Positions 26,577-39,388 are shown, counted from the first letter of the stretch. The stretch: DNA of 64,000 nt from Salpingoeca rosetta (GCA_033442325.1 JAWQFM010000001.1:2564973-2628972); one strand, 5' to 3'. Numbers and translations are program-made. Notes: a model not told the origin generated them from the sequence alone.

Positions 26577-27727
26577 TCACGCACGCGCGCGTGTCATGCC
26601 AAACATGCTCTGCAGGGTTCGATGAACCGCTAAGCGCTGCCGTCCGTCGACCTTGCGCATGGCACCAAAGCTGAGCTCTGTGTAATGTGATGGGAGGAAG
26701 GAATGTGTGACATGTGGTTTGCAGCATAGAGCATTGAGTATGTGACGAGTCACAGCCCTGCAGCTGAGCAGGGGATCGTCGTACCTGTGTACTTGCGACG
26801 TTAACAAAGCACACGGCTGCGGGGACACACGCACACACACATACACACACACATACACACTCACTCACACACACACTCACTCACACACACACTCACTCAC
26901 ACACACACGCACATACGTGCACACGCATATGTACGTGCACACTCAGATATAGCAACGTCTGACGTACTTCGGCTTTTGGTTTCAAAGTGATAAAACTCGG
27001 GGATGACGGCCTGGCGCTCATCATCCCATGGCATGACCCACAGGAAACCAAACTTGTGCAGCCTCTCGTTTGAGACAACAACGTAGCGGTGATGAAGCCT
27101 GCCTTTCCCAGCTGCCTCCGTGTCAACGACAAGGCGCCAGCAGTGGTCTGTGGTGGATGTGTCGTGGAGCCGAGCGACCATCTTCCACGCCTCATCGCGA
27201 GCGGCTTGCAGCACAGACGCGCGCACGGGGGCTTTGGGACGCCAGCTTTGCAGGTCACCTGTACGGATGTGGATGACATCTGCAAAGCAATCCTTTGGCG
27301 CACCATCCTGCTCGCGTGTCACCGGTACGGAGGGCAGTGGCCTGCGCTTTCGGTTTTCGATGACGCTGGGCTTTGTGGTGGTGAGCATGATGCCGAGCAC
27401 ACGGCCAGTGCGCCGATCCTGCGAAAGCGGCAGGCAGTAGCGATAGCCGTCGCTGCGACGGTGGTCGCGCTTCTCATTTCCCACGGTGTTGTTGTGGAAG
27501 CCATCCCAGACAAACCTTCCAACGGCAGCTACACAGGACAAGCAAATGCAGCGCAACGCAACCCAGTCAAGCCCAACACGCAAACAGTCATAGCACAGGG
27601 CGCAGAGGAAAAGTGAGTTAGGGGCGAGGCGCCAAGGAGCAGGGGGGCAAGGTTCTAAGGTGGTTGAGCAGGAGTGGGCTGAACGCCATGGGTGCACGAC
27701 TGTACCTTGTTGACCAGGCGATGTCAT
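26577..27727 (-). CDS. Spliced protein with tandem PemK/MazF-like domains (~235 aa)
   Basis: Model exons 27727-27706, 27528-26968, 26816-26793 and 26677-26577 total 708 nt in frame, all GT-AG. Domain 1 is GRFVWDGFHNNTVGNEK..GYRYCLPLSQD..VLGIMLTT..GAPKDCFADVIHIRTGD. Domain 2 is EAAGKGRLHHRYVVVSNERLHKFGFLWVMP. The 3' exon structure is uncertain. Confidence 0.65.
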
Positions 27728-27901
27728 GGTGGTCGACGTCGATGTGACAATGACCAAGGGGAGTAGAGCGTACCAAATCAGTGGGAATGGGGAAGATGGG
27801 GTTGGTTGATTGTGTTAGGTCTCACTGCAAGTTGTCTTGCTTGCTGTTACTGTTGTTGCTGCTTGCTGTTGCTGCTTGCTGTTGCTGCTTGCTGCTGGTG
27901 C

Positions 27902-27933
<32 letters not shown>

Positions 27934-28474
27934 TGCTGCTGGTGGTGGTGGTGCTGCTGTTGGTGGTGTTGCTTGTGCATGTCAGACAAACGAGACGTAA
28001 ATAACGTTCACGCTTGCTTTTGGCGGGAACATGCACAAACAAGTGCACACAACATTTGGCGCGAGCATGTCTATGTCATCAAGACAAGGCGGTCGAATCG
28101 TCTGCCCGCTGAGACAAAACTTCCCGAGCTTCGCCACAGTTTTTGGAACACCCAGTTCCCGCACTACTGCCGAACGTAACGTGAGATGTGACTGCTTGCT
28201 TGCTTCTGCGCGCGCGCGTGTGTGTTTGTTTGTGTGTGTGCGTGGTTTATTGGGGAAAACTCGCTGAAATCTTACACTGTTCCCGGCGCTCAAAGGTGTG
28301 TACTTTGTTTGCGTTTCATTTGCTTGCTTGTTCGGGGTCGGTGGGCCTCATCAGTGACATGAATGAGCTCCATTACTTCGTCCCAGCGCAGAGCCACAGC
28401 ACGCGAGACATGACTGCTCCTAACACATACCGCACGCGACAATTCTTTTGCACCCGCAATTGGCAAACCATCCA

Positions 28475-28591
<117 letters not shown>

Positions 28592-28793
28592 CAGTTTGGA
28601 GTGTGTTACAGCAACGTACAGTAATATCAATGATCTTTATCGAGAGAAGAGACAGACAAAACACAATGTACAACGCAGCAGCCATGAAGGCACAAGCACA
28701 CAAGCACAGACACAGATGCACACCTAGGTACAGGGTGGACGGTGAGGGCCACCCATGGCAGAATCGAGGATGTTCAAGGCACACACTGCAGGC

Positions 28794-30845
28794 TTACAGG
28801 AGATCATTTCCTGGCTTGGGCTCCATGCTCTTTGGAACCAGTTTGATGTCATCAATGTCGCCAAACACGGGGTCAAAGTCGCCCTCGCAGAGCGTGCGCA
28901 GGTTGTAGAAGAAGGCGCGCTTCTGCTGAGCAGAGATGAACGGGTTGTTGCCGAGCGCCGTTGCACACAGCTGCGCAAAGTACTTGACGTTGGGTGCCGC
29001 CCCTTCAAACTGCTCCATCTCCTTGCTGAAGTCCGTGTGCTGGCGCATGCGCTCCTCAATCGGCAGCGCCGACAAGTCCATGCCCTATCCGGGTGTGAGT
29101 GTGTATGTGTGAGTGAGTGAGTGAGTGTGTGTGAGTGAGTGAGTGAGTGAGTGAGTGAGTGAGTGTGTGTGTGTGAGTGAGTGAGTGAGTGAGTGTGTGT
29201 GTGTGAGTGAGTGAGTGAGTGAGTGAGTGAGTGAGTGAGTGAGTGAGTGTGTGGGTGTGTGTNNNNNNNNNNNNNNNNNNNNNNNNNNNNNNNNNNNNNN
29301 NNNNNNNNNNNNNNNNNNNNNNNNNNNNNNNNNNNNNNNNNNNNNNNNNNNNNNNNNNNNNNCAGACCCGACTTACGTGTTCGATGGCGCCAATCTCGTT
29401 GTCCAGCGTCTTGGGACCAGGGAACGAGGACACAGCCATGGATTCCCTGTACGCAGTATTGAAACAGGTACAAGAACCAAGCGGTCACGTGAGCGCGAAG
29501 AAGGCTCAGGGCAATGCATGCACAGACGTGTGTGTGTGTGTGTGGGGGGGGGAGACAAACACACGCTTGCAAAACACTTACATCTGCACAGACAACAGAC
29601 AAAGCCCACCTACACACTCACGCACCTGCTATCGTGGTAATCTGAAACAGAGATGACGTTCTCTGATGTCGTTGAACCAAACCATGCTGTGTTGACCAAC
29701 AAGCACATGTGTGTGTGTGTGCGAAGGTGTGTGGGTTCGAAATGGTCCATCTCGTCAACCGTACGAGAGAAAACAAGTGCGAGTCAGGCATGCAGTGAAC
29801 GGACAAGTACACATACACAGACGGGCCCGCGTACACACGCACGCACGCACGTACGCACACACACACACTCACACTCACACACGCACGCACGCACGCACAC
29901 ACGCACACACACACACACGCACTCACACACTCACTCACACACACTCTGATAGCCACACAGGCACGTACATTGTTGGGAAGGCTTGACATTGGCGGACTGG
30001 CTGAGGATGGAGGCGACGGCCGGGGGCAGGCCTTCGTGCTGCTCTACCTTCTCGGACGAGACCTCGACGGAGGGCAGGCTGCGCGCGTTCTGGTCGCCAG
30101 CAGGTGCAGTTGTCGGGGCTGTTTCCTCCTTGTACTTTTCAAGCGCTTCCTTCAGCTCAGGGAACTCATGGGCCAGGTCACGCAAGAAGTGCTCGGGCGC
30201 AACTTCCTTCTCCAACGCAGCCAGCTGCTCCTGGGTGAGTGCCTTGCCAAGGTTGGGGAAGGTGCGTGGGCCGTACCTGAAGGCCGCGCGCACAGCCTCG
30301 CGCGTGGCCGGGTCAGAGATGAAGTCAAAGGATGGCGTGCGGCTCTCCCGCTCCTGTGCTGAGATGTAGCGGCGCCGCTGGTGACGCTTGCCACTTGCTG
30401 CCAGCTGTGTGGTGTCAGTGGCATTGGCCTTCGCGTTTGCCTCGGGGTGCTGGGACTTTCCTTGCTGCGCGTGGGTCGGAGTGGTGGTGGCAGTGTCCGT
30501 GCGTTGCTTTCGCGCTTTGCTCAGCACGCTATCCAGAAATGACGGTGTGGATGCGCTGACCGCAGAAGCAGAAGCAGAAGCAGAAGACGAAGGCGAAGAA
30601 GAAGAAGAAGAAGAAGAAGAAGAAGAAGAAGCGCTTGCCTCAGGTTTTGCAGAGGCAGTTGAGCCGGGTCCATGGCGGCGGCCCTTGTTGCTGCCATCCT
30701 TGTCATCTGCGCGATAGGATGTGTTTGTGGTGTGGAAGGCGCGTGTGCGGGAGGAAGCGAACAGCGCCTTGGTGGTAGTGCCTGCGCAGCTGTCAGCCTG
30801 CACAGCCGCCATCACAGCCGCTCGCCTCATGCTCGCCAGCATCAT
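28794..30845 (-). CDS. MRPS31: Mitochondrial ribosomal protein mS31-like
   Basis: Arg/Ala-rich presequence (MMLASMRRAAVM). LDNEIG and VKYFAQLCATALGNNPFISAQQKRAFF resemble MRPS31 ([29 protein letters not shown]). Four exons with consistent phases. Confidence 0.75.
29263..29362. other. Assembly gap (100 N), inside an MRPS31 intron
   Basis: Run of N. Confidence 1.
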
Positions 30846-30965
30846 CCTGTGTGTTGACTGGGGTTGGTTTGTTGGTGTGCGTGTGCTGGTGAATGTGGAC
30901 GATTTACTGATATCTTGGCAAACATTCCACACCTCTCACCTCGCCAACCAGCCAGTGAGTGGATG

Positions 30966-30996
<31 letters not shown>

Positions 30997-31122
30997 TGGA
31001 TGGTGTGTGTGTGTGTGTGTGTGTGTGTTTGTACTTATGTACTTGTGCGTGTGTGTGTATTTGTGCTTGTGCGTGTGTGTGTGTGTGGATGGTGTGTGTG
31101 TGTGTGTTTGTACTTATGTACT

Positions 31123-31153
<31 letters not shown>

Positions 31154-31353
31154 ACTTGTGTGTGTGTGTTTGTTCTTATGTTGTACTTATGTGCGTGTGT
31201 GTTTGCTGGCGAACTGTTCTCCTGGCTGAATCGTTTCCCGTGCCCTCTCCCTTTCCCTCAACTTGCACCACCCCCACTCACTGTACGCTCTGCCTGGGTC
31301 CGTGTATCTTGGCGGCAGCCCACGCACGCGTGCCTTGCGTCCCACTCGTCATC

Positions 31354-31660
31354 ATGTCCGGTATCGCTGATCCTTCCATCCGAATGGATTCGGAGTACTA
31401 CAAGAAGGCGACGAGCGTGGAGGAGATGAAGGAAACGTCCGCCGTCTTGAAGGCCGCTGCACGTCACATGGGCCAGGCATGCGCTGAGGTTTCCCTCGGC
31501 TACATGAGGTGGGGGTTTTTGGGGGAGGAAGCGGAAGGAGCGATGGGCCATTGTGTGTTTGTTCGCGCGTGTGTGTTCATGTGTGTGCGTGTGTGTTCAT
31601 GTGTGTGTGTGTGTTTGTGTGCTTGTGTGTTTTTCATACACAACGATGCTCTCGCGCTGT

Positions 31661-31697
<37 letters not shown>

Positions 31698-32361
31698 GCA
31701 CACACGCACGCACACACACACACATATTCATTGCCCCCATCTTCTGTCCCACTCGACCGCTTGTAATGTAGGTGCAAGAAGGCCAACAACGGTGACCCCA
31801 CCAAGTGCCTCGAACAGGGCGAGGCTGTGACCAAATGCGGCATTGAATTGTGAGTTTGAAGCCCACAGTCGCACCCATGTTCTTTTATTGGTAGCGCTGG
31901 TGTTGATGTAAATTCTTTCCTAGCGTGGTGTCTTGGGTCTTGCCTTGCATTTGCTATTCATGCACTGGGGCGTCCAAGCTGAAGACTACTCGTGGGTTTG
32001 ATGACGCCAGTTAATCCTCTTCTGCCACCTGCGTCCTCCTTCCTCTTCTCCTCTCTCTCCTTTCATTTGTCTCGCCTGTCAGCTTCAAGGCCCTGCGCAG
32101 CAACTGCGGTGCCGAGCTTGATGCGCAAGCAGAGTGCCTTGAGTCCAACAACCACACATTCTCCAAGTGCCGCAAGACGCAATCTGCACTTGACGAGTGT
32201 GTCTTTGAGAAGATGGTATGTCCTGCATGTAGAGTGCCTTTGTGCTTGTGCTTGTGTTTGTGCTTGTGCGTGTGTGCGTGTGTGCGTGTTTGTGTGCTTG
32301 TGTGGTTACCACGTCCTGTCCCTGCGCTGTATGTCTTCTTTGTGTCTGATCCCCGCGTCAA

Positions 32362-32420
<59 letters not shown>

Positions 32421-32505
32421 TTGCTTCCCTGTCCACCAGAACCTTGATGGGGCGTACAAGACGTACGACACAACGCGCGCGTCGAGCTCGTATGCGCAGG
32501 AGTGA
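31354..32505 (+). CDS. NDUFA8: Complex I accessory subunit NDUFA8 (four CX9C-type motifs)
   Basis: Exons 31354-31508, 31772-31849, 32083-32215 and 32440-32505 give TSAVLKAAARHMGQAC...YMRCK...DPTKCLEQGEAVTKC...FSKCRKTQSALDECVFEKM. Confidence 0.93.
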
Positions 32506-32932
32506 GGATAGTTGCTTGTTTTGCACCCACATGACCATAATCACAGCTGCTGCCACAACAAACGAGGAAGAAGAACAACACCTACAACAGAATAGCAACA
32601 ACTACCACAACTGCAGCAACAATGAACAAGTTTGTGCCGCTGCCTGGCCTTCCTTCCCTCGTTGTGGCTGTGTGTTGGAGGGTGCAGCAAGAGGAGGAAT
32701 AATGCGTGAAATGTGTGAGAAGCAGGTGTTGATGAGAGACGTGTGTGTGCGTGTGTGCGTGTGTGTGCGTGTGTTCATTCTGTGTGTTTGTGTTTGTCGT
32801 ACAATTCTCGCAAACCCGCATGCGCGTTTGTATGTGTGCCAGTGTGCTTTCGGAAGTAAAGCAGCAAGCGCACCCCCCCCCCACACACAGTGTGGTGTGT
32901 CACATATCAAACATGCCACACCGTGTCGTGAC

Positions 32933-33004
<72 letters not shown>
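32933..33004. repeat. (GAT)n microsatellite
   Basis: Direct reading of the sequence. Confidence 0.95.
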
Positions 33005-33217
33005 TCAGTTTACAATCGACATGTGTCATTGACGAATGAGCGAGGACACAAGACAAAGCAGGACGCAAGAACAAGCACAGGGGCACAGTGCACGACACAT
33101 GCACACGAATGTTGAAGAGACGCAGAACAACCGCACACAAACAACTGCAGCAACAGCAGCAACACCAGCACAAAACACGAACACAGCTGCAACAGCAACC
33201 ACCGCATGCTGCTCCGT

Positions 33218-33913
33218 TCAAGCATCTCCGGCACCTGCAAACGGAATGGTGGGAACAGCGACATCGCAGGGTCTGGCGTGAGCAATGGGCAGCACGACAA
33301 GCAGCATAGAACCGCGCAAAGCAGCAAGCAACCGCGCAAAGCAGGGATGGGCTGAGGTTGATCACACAACCGCAGCTTACCTTGATCCTGTGCATCACCA
33401 TCATCTTCACCATCACCTTCACCATCACCATCACCATCACCACCATCATCATCATCATCATCACCATCATCGCTGTAGCCGTCAGCATCGTCGTTCCCAT
33501 CACCACCACCATCCTGCGCGCTCAGGTCCATGTGGCTCTCGCGTTCCTCTTGAATCGCATCTGCGGTGGTGGTGGTGGTGGTGGTGGTGGTGGAGGAGGA
33601 GGAGGAGGAGGAGGAGGAGGAGGAGGAGGAGGAGGAGGAGGAGGAGAAGGAGGAGGAGGAGGAGGAGGAGGAGGAGGAGGAGGAGGAGGAGGAGGAGGAG
33701 GAGGNNNNNNNNNNNNNNNNNNNNNNNNNNNNNNNNNNNNNNNNNNNNNNNNNNNNNNNNNNNNNNNNNNNNNNNNNNNNNNNNNNNNNNNNNNNNNNNN
33801 NNNNGAGGAGGAGGAGGAGGAGGTGAAGGGGCGTGAGGGCAAATAAAGGAGGGCACACACACGTATAACAGGGTGATGTCGACGGCGGACAATAAGCAGG
33901 TACAAAGAGCAAT

Positions 33914-34007
<94 letters not shown>

Positions 34008-34764
34008 CACGCGACGCCCCAGCACCCGGCGTTGCATACCTGGGTTTGCGTGCTGGGCGTCCTGCGCAGCCTTGAGAAGGGCGTTCTTGAGGTCGCGCTT
34101 GTACAGATCGCCGGCCAGCTCCGCCGCCGCCTTGAACGTGTGGTACGCCTCCGTCCGCTGATTGTTTTGCTCTGCAGGGTGGGGGCGTGGTTGCATGTGG
34201 TGTGTGTATGTGTGTATGTGTGTATGTGTGTATGTGTGCATTTGGTGTGTGTGTATGTGTGTATGTGCGTGTGCGTGTATGCATGTGTGCATGTGTGCAT
34301 GTGTGTGTATGTGTGTTTGGGGAATTAACTCGTGAGCGCGACATCTTGTGCCCACAGGCTGCGCAAAAGTGACACATAGACAAAGACAAGCCTTCGACCA
34401 ATCCACGATAACAGCAAAGCAGCCACGACTGCCTGCCAGCACCTTGTGCCTGTGCCTTGAGGATGGTGAGGTAAAGGGTCCACTCCCTGCTCTCTGCGAG
34501 TTCAGCAGCATCGAGTCCCGCCAGCGCAGAGTCGAGGGCTTCGTTGACGTCGCCGAGCTCCAGGTAGCAGCGGCCAAGCTCGTGGTGCAGCCACGCCGCC
34601 GTCAGGTCCCCAATTTGCATCCCGGCCGCTTGCACCCACGCAGACGCAGCCTGCAGGTGACACAAGGCACGTTGCGCGCGCGTGGCGTGTGTAAGCAACG
34701 GAGGAGGGCTGATTTGGAAGCTCATTATGCACACTTCGACGGAGATACATCGTGCAACCGTCAG

Positions 34765-34862
<98 letters not shown>

Positions 34863-37814
34863 GGCCGTACCTCGCGCAGCTCGCCGATGATTGCGTTGCA
34901 GCGGGCAATCTGGCAGAGGGCGCGCATACGGTAGCGGTCCTCCACAGACACATCCAGGTCCTGGTGGGGTGACGGGAAGACGGGATGGATGTTTGGGGAG
35001 GTGTTGGGGTGAGTGATAGGCAATTTGGGGGAAGAGGCAAAGGAGGAAGAGGGGGGGGGGGTCGAGGTGACGTACAGAACGGCGCGATGGAACGGCAGCA
35101 GGTCAGTGTGAGCGATACACGTGCATTACACACGGCAGCAGCTGTGTATTCACAAGTCCAGGCGTTTGGCAGTGTGCTTCGACAACCCTCCTCCCTCCAC
35201 CCCAATCGGTGCACGGCTCACCATGGTGTGTTCCTTGAGGGCCTCCTGGTAGTTCTCCTTTGCATACAAGCTGGCGCCCTTCAGGCTGTGTGCAAGGCCG
35301 ACAATCTCACGCTCATCGCGCGTCTCTGGGGATTTGATCACGCGCAGCACGTCCTCGCACGCCTCAATGCACTTGTCCGGACGCATGCTCCGGTACGCTG
35401 CAGCCGACGGTGGGCGGTGGTGGCAGTGATGATGATGTGAATCAAGAAAGTGTGCAATTACACATAGTATGCAGTAATTTTGTGTTCTGCTGGCCACACG
35501 ATGTTGATACAATGCGCACAACAGAAGCAGCACCAACAAGAAGCAGCAACACACGAAGAACCAAACAACAACAGCACCAACAAGAAGCAGCAAACAACAA
35601 CAGCACCAATCTAGCACCAAACCAACTTCAACAACAGGCATACACCGAGCAAGCACCAATCAGCAATCACGGGGCGCCTACCCTGGAGGGCGCGTTCGAG
35701 GTCGGACTGCGCCTTTGTCTTTGCCTCCTGCGTGACGGGCCGCTTTTTGGGCTTCCCCGCCGTGGCCATGCGGCTTGTGCGGGTGCTGATGCGCCCCTTC
35801 TGCTCCTTACGCTCCTGCTCCCGCACGTAGATGGGCTTCTGCTGGCGCCAAAACTCGGTGCGCTTGTCGAGGTACTGCAGGCCCGAAGCCGCCAGCGTCT
35901 TGATGTCGCCGCCCTGACCCAGGCGCAGGCTCGGGTCGTTCACCAGCGACTGCACGCCACAGAGGTGGACAGAAAGGCCAAGTTAGGCAGCGGTGAGGTG
36001 AGAGTGAGAGTGAGTGAGTGAGAGTGAGTGAGAGTGAGTGAGTGAGTGAGAGAGTGAGTGAGAGAGTGAGTGAGAGAGTGAATGAGTGAGTGAATGAGTG
36101 AGTGAGTGAATGAGTGAGTGAGTGAGTGAGTGAGTGAGTGAGTGAGTGAGTGAGTGAGTGGGTGTGATATCGGTTGAGAGTCATCATGTCTCTTGCCGTT
36201 GTGCCAACATGACACCACCACCACCACCACCACCACCACTACCATCAATACACCACCAGCACTACCATCTTCAAGCACCGGCAGTGCATGCACCTCGAGG
36301 TAAGCGCGGTCAGCATAGAGCTCGCCAAGCAGCTGCTTGACGGTCTTGTCGTTGGTCTGCGGGCCAGGTCGTGCGCTGCGGTTACGGGCCGTGCCCTTGC
36401 GCCGCTGCCCACCAACGCGCTTCTTGCCCGCTGTTGCCTCCAGCCCTTGGTGGAACATCGTCAGGTCACCCTCTGTCGTCAGCGTGCACTTCTTCGTGCC
36501 TGCGTTAGCACGGTTATGCGTAGCCGTGATGGTGACAATCGGTCCCTCAGGTGAGCGCCAAATCACAATTGACGAAGCACACGTGCAAACGGTGCACGCA
36601 CAAACAAATAAACAAACAAACAAACAAACAAAAAAACAACACAAAATTCACGACACACGATCCAAGATACATAATACACGACATACACTCTACGTGCACA
36701 CAGAAGCAAACAGCAAAGCGCAGTGAACAAGCCCGATTCCACATGCACACGCACTTCCGATGGCGTTGTCGATGGCCTCCCGCGCCTTCTGAATGCCAAG
36801 CTTGAACTTCTTCATGTCGGGCCTCATCTGGGGGACACACACGTCCACAGCGCACATTATAACACATTGCAGAAGACCGGGTTGATGAGCAATTGTGATG
36901 TCGTCAATGATGTGGAATTTGTAGGTACTTCAAGCAAGCACAAACGTGTACGCGCACACAAACACGCACAGACACATGTACCTGGTTGCCAATGTGATAG
37001 AAGAGGAGCGCAAACTCAAAATCGCCCTTGAAGTAGAGCGCTTCCGCTTTGGCATAGATGCCCTGTGTGAAATTGGTGGCATGCAATACGCACGTGAGAT
37101 GCGCAGACAACAGGTGACCCGTCTCGCACCACAAACGCCAGCTCCAGCCGAGCCTAGATGCGAAACACAACTCAAAACAGGCATGGGCGACCAACACGAC
37201 CAAACCCAAAGCATGAGGTTGCTCTAACCGTAATGAGATCCTTGTCCATGTTAAGGGCAGACTCGGCATCTTGCAGCGCCTCATCGTGCTGGCCAATCTT
37301 CAGATAGCACCGTGATCTCATGCAGTAGCAGTGCTTGCCAATGTCATCCTGCAGCACACCGCCCACAGAGATTGCCTCCAAGGCCTGCCAACAAAGGGAG
37401 AAACACAACACAAACAGTCAGTGAAAGATATAAGGCAATCACACCAGGCCAACCATGTTGGATCTGTGGCTGTGCCTTTGCGTGGATACGTGTGCGTGTG
37501 CGGGCGTGTGCGGAGTTGGAAACGAAACGCATATCGGTGATAACCTCGTGCTGCCAATAACAGCGGGAACGATCAACCCTGTCGTCGAAACACAGACACA
37601 GACACACACACACACAGACACACACACACACAGACACACACACAGGCATACACAGACAGACACACACACACACAAACAAGCAAGCGCACAGCAGTTGCAG
37701 CACCTGTGTGTAGCACTCCACGGCCTGGGCATAGTTTGAGCCTTGCTCAAAGGTCTGCCCTTCTGCCATGAACTTGTTGTATTCCGCCATGCTCACTTCG
37801 CCTCCCTCCGCCAT
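33218..37814 (-). CDS. TTC25: Outer dynein arm docking complex TPR subunit TTC25/ODAD4
   Basis: [93 protein letters not shown] and [14 protein letters not shown], followed by an acidic tail. Confidence 0.93.
33565..33822. repeat. (GGT)n/(GGA)n tract interrupted by a 100-N gap (33705-33804)
   Basis: Direct reading; lies in a TTC25 intron. Confidence 0.9.
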
Positions 37815-38369
37815 GGTTGCGGTTGTGGTGGTGGTGTTGTTCTTGTGGTGGTTGTCTCTGCCTGCGTCTGCGTTTGCGTTCAGGTTCAACACATGCACAC
37901 AAGGATCACGGGTACGTGTTCGCACAGGGTGAAGCGTGAGAACGGGGAAAATACACGTCAGTTCGTGTGTGTGGGTGTGTATGTTGCAGCAAGGTGAGCG
38001 ACTGCTGTTGGTTGCAGTTACAAGCAGCAGAAGCAGCAGCAGCAGCAGCAGCATCATGGACTTCAACCGAGCGAGCCATCAGCACACCAACACACCAACA
38101 CACCAGCACACCACCAACAAAGCAGCAAAGGCTCTTCTCGCTCTCTCGCCTGCCTGCTTGTTGTCTTGGATGCTTGACGACGATTGTGCAGATCGTTGGT
38201 GAATATTATTACACAGTTTTCTACACTGCCTGGTCTCGCGCACGACACCACAAATCTACCAGCAACACAACTGCCACCGCAGCAGCAGCTCAACCGTCCA
38301 ACACACACCACACTCGCACACACCGCGTTCACATCGCACCAGCCAGCCAGCCGCACGAACAACAACATC

Positions 38370-38522
38370 ATGGGGAATGGCATGAGCGTGGATGTCCCTG
38401 GGGGAGGATCCGAGGGATATCAAGTGCTGAAGGTGCAGCCAAACTCCCCCGGTGCCTTGTCGGGACTTGAGCCGTTCTTCGACTACATCATCGCCATCAA
38501 CGACCAGCGCTTGGTGCGTGCC

Positions 38523-38555
<33 letters not shown>

Positions 38556-39321
38556 GTTTGTGTGTGTTGGAAGGGAGGGAGGTGGATACGTGGAAACAAG
38601 AAGACACGGAGTGGCCAGTGTGTTGTGGTTGGAATTTGGAATGTGCTGACGCTCGCTTGAACTGCCATCTGTGATCCACGCTGTCTCCCTGCCACACATA
38701 CATGCACACACGTATGTCCGCTCACACATGCACACATGCACACATGCATACATGCACACACGGACTGCCTTGTGTGATGGCAGACACACGGGGATGAGCT
38801 GAGGACGATTGCTGCAAAGAACGTTGGCCAGGCACTGCGCCTTCTTGTGTTCTCAAGCAAGGATCAATTTGTCAGAGGTGCGTGGATTCATCGTGACACG
38901 CGTCTTGCTGCTTTTCATGTCACAGCAGCCAGGCATGTGTTCATGCATGTGCACCGCGTGTGAGTGCGCGATCCATATTTGGCCCTGCCCTCATGAACGT
39001 GCTGTGCGCGCCTGCGTGCCGTGCCGTGCCGTGCTTGTGTTGGACAGAGGTTTCGCTCGTGCCTCGCGACAACTGGGGTGGCGATGGCTTGTTGGGCATC
39101 AGCGTGCGCTTCACCTCATTTGAAGGTGCCTGCGAGAACGTCTGGCACATCCTGGTAAGCACTGACTGGGTGTGCCTGGCACTGCGTGTGCTTTGCATTG
39201 TGTGTGGGCCTGCCTGCTTGCCTGCCTGCCGTGTGTGTGTGTGTCTGTGTGTGTGTGTGTGTGTCTGTGTGTGTGTGTGTGTGTCTGCCTGTCTGTCAGT
39301 CTGCCTGTCTGCCTGTCTGCC

Positions 39322-39388
<67 letters not shown>

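Noticed and set aside
27089-27616. 175-aa plus-strand ORF antisense to the MazF-like gene, considered as an antitoxin
   Set aside because: No AbrB/MazE or ribbon-helix-helix features; it is explained as the antisense shadow of a GC-rich exon.
38160-38173. GTTGTCTTGGATGC as an RFX X-box for the ciliary gene TTC25
   Set aside because: Only a partial match to the palindromic consensus, so it is not distinguishable from chance by eye.
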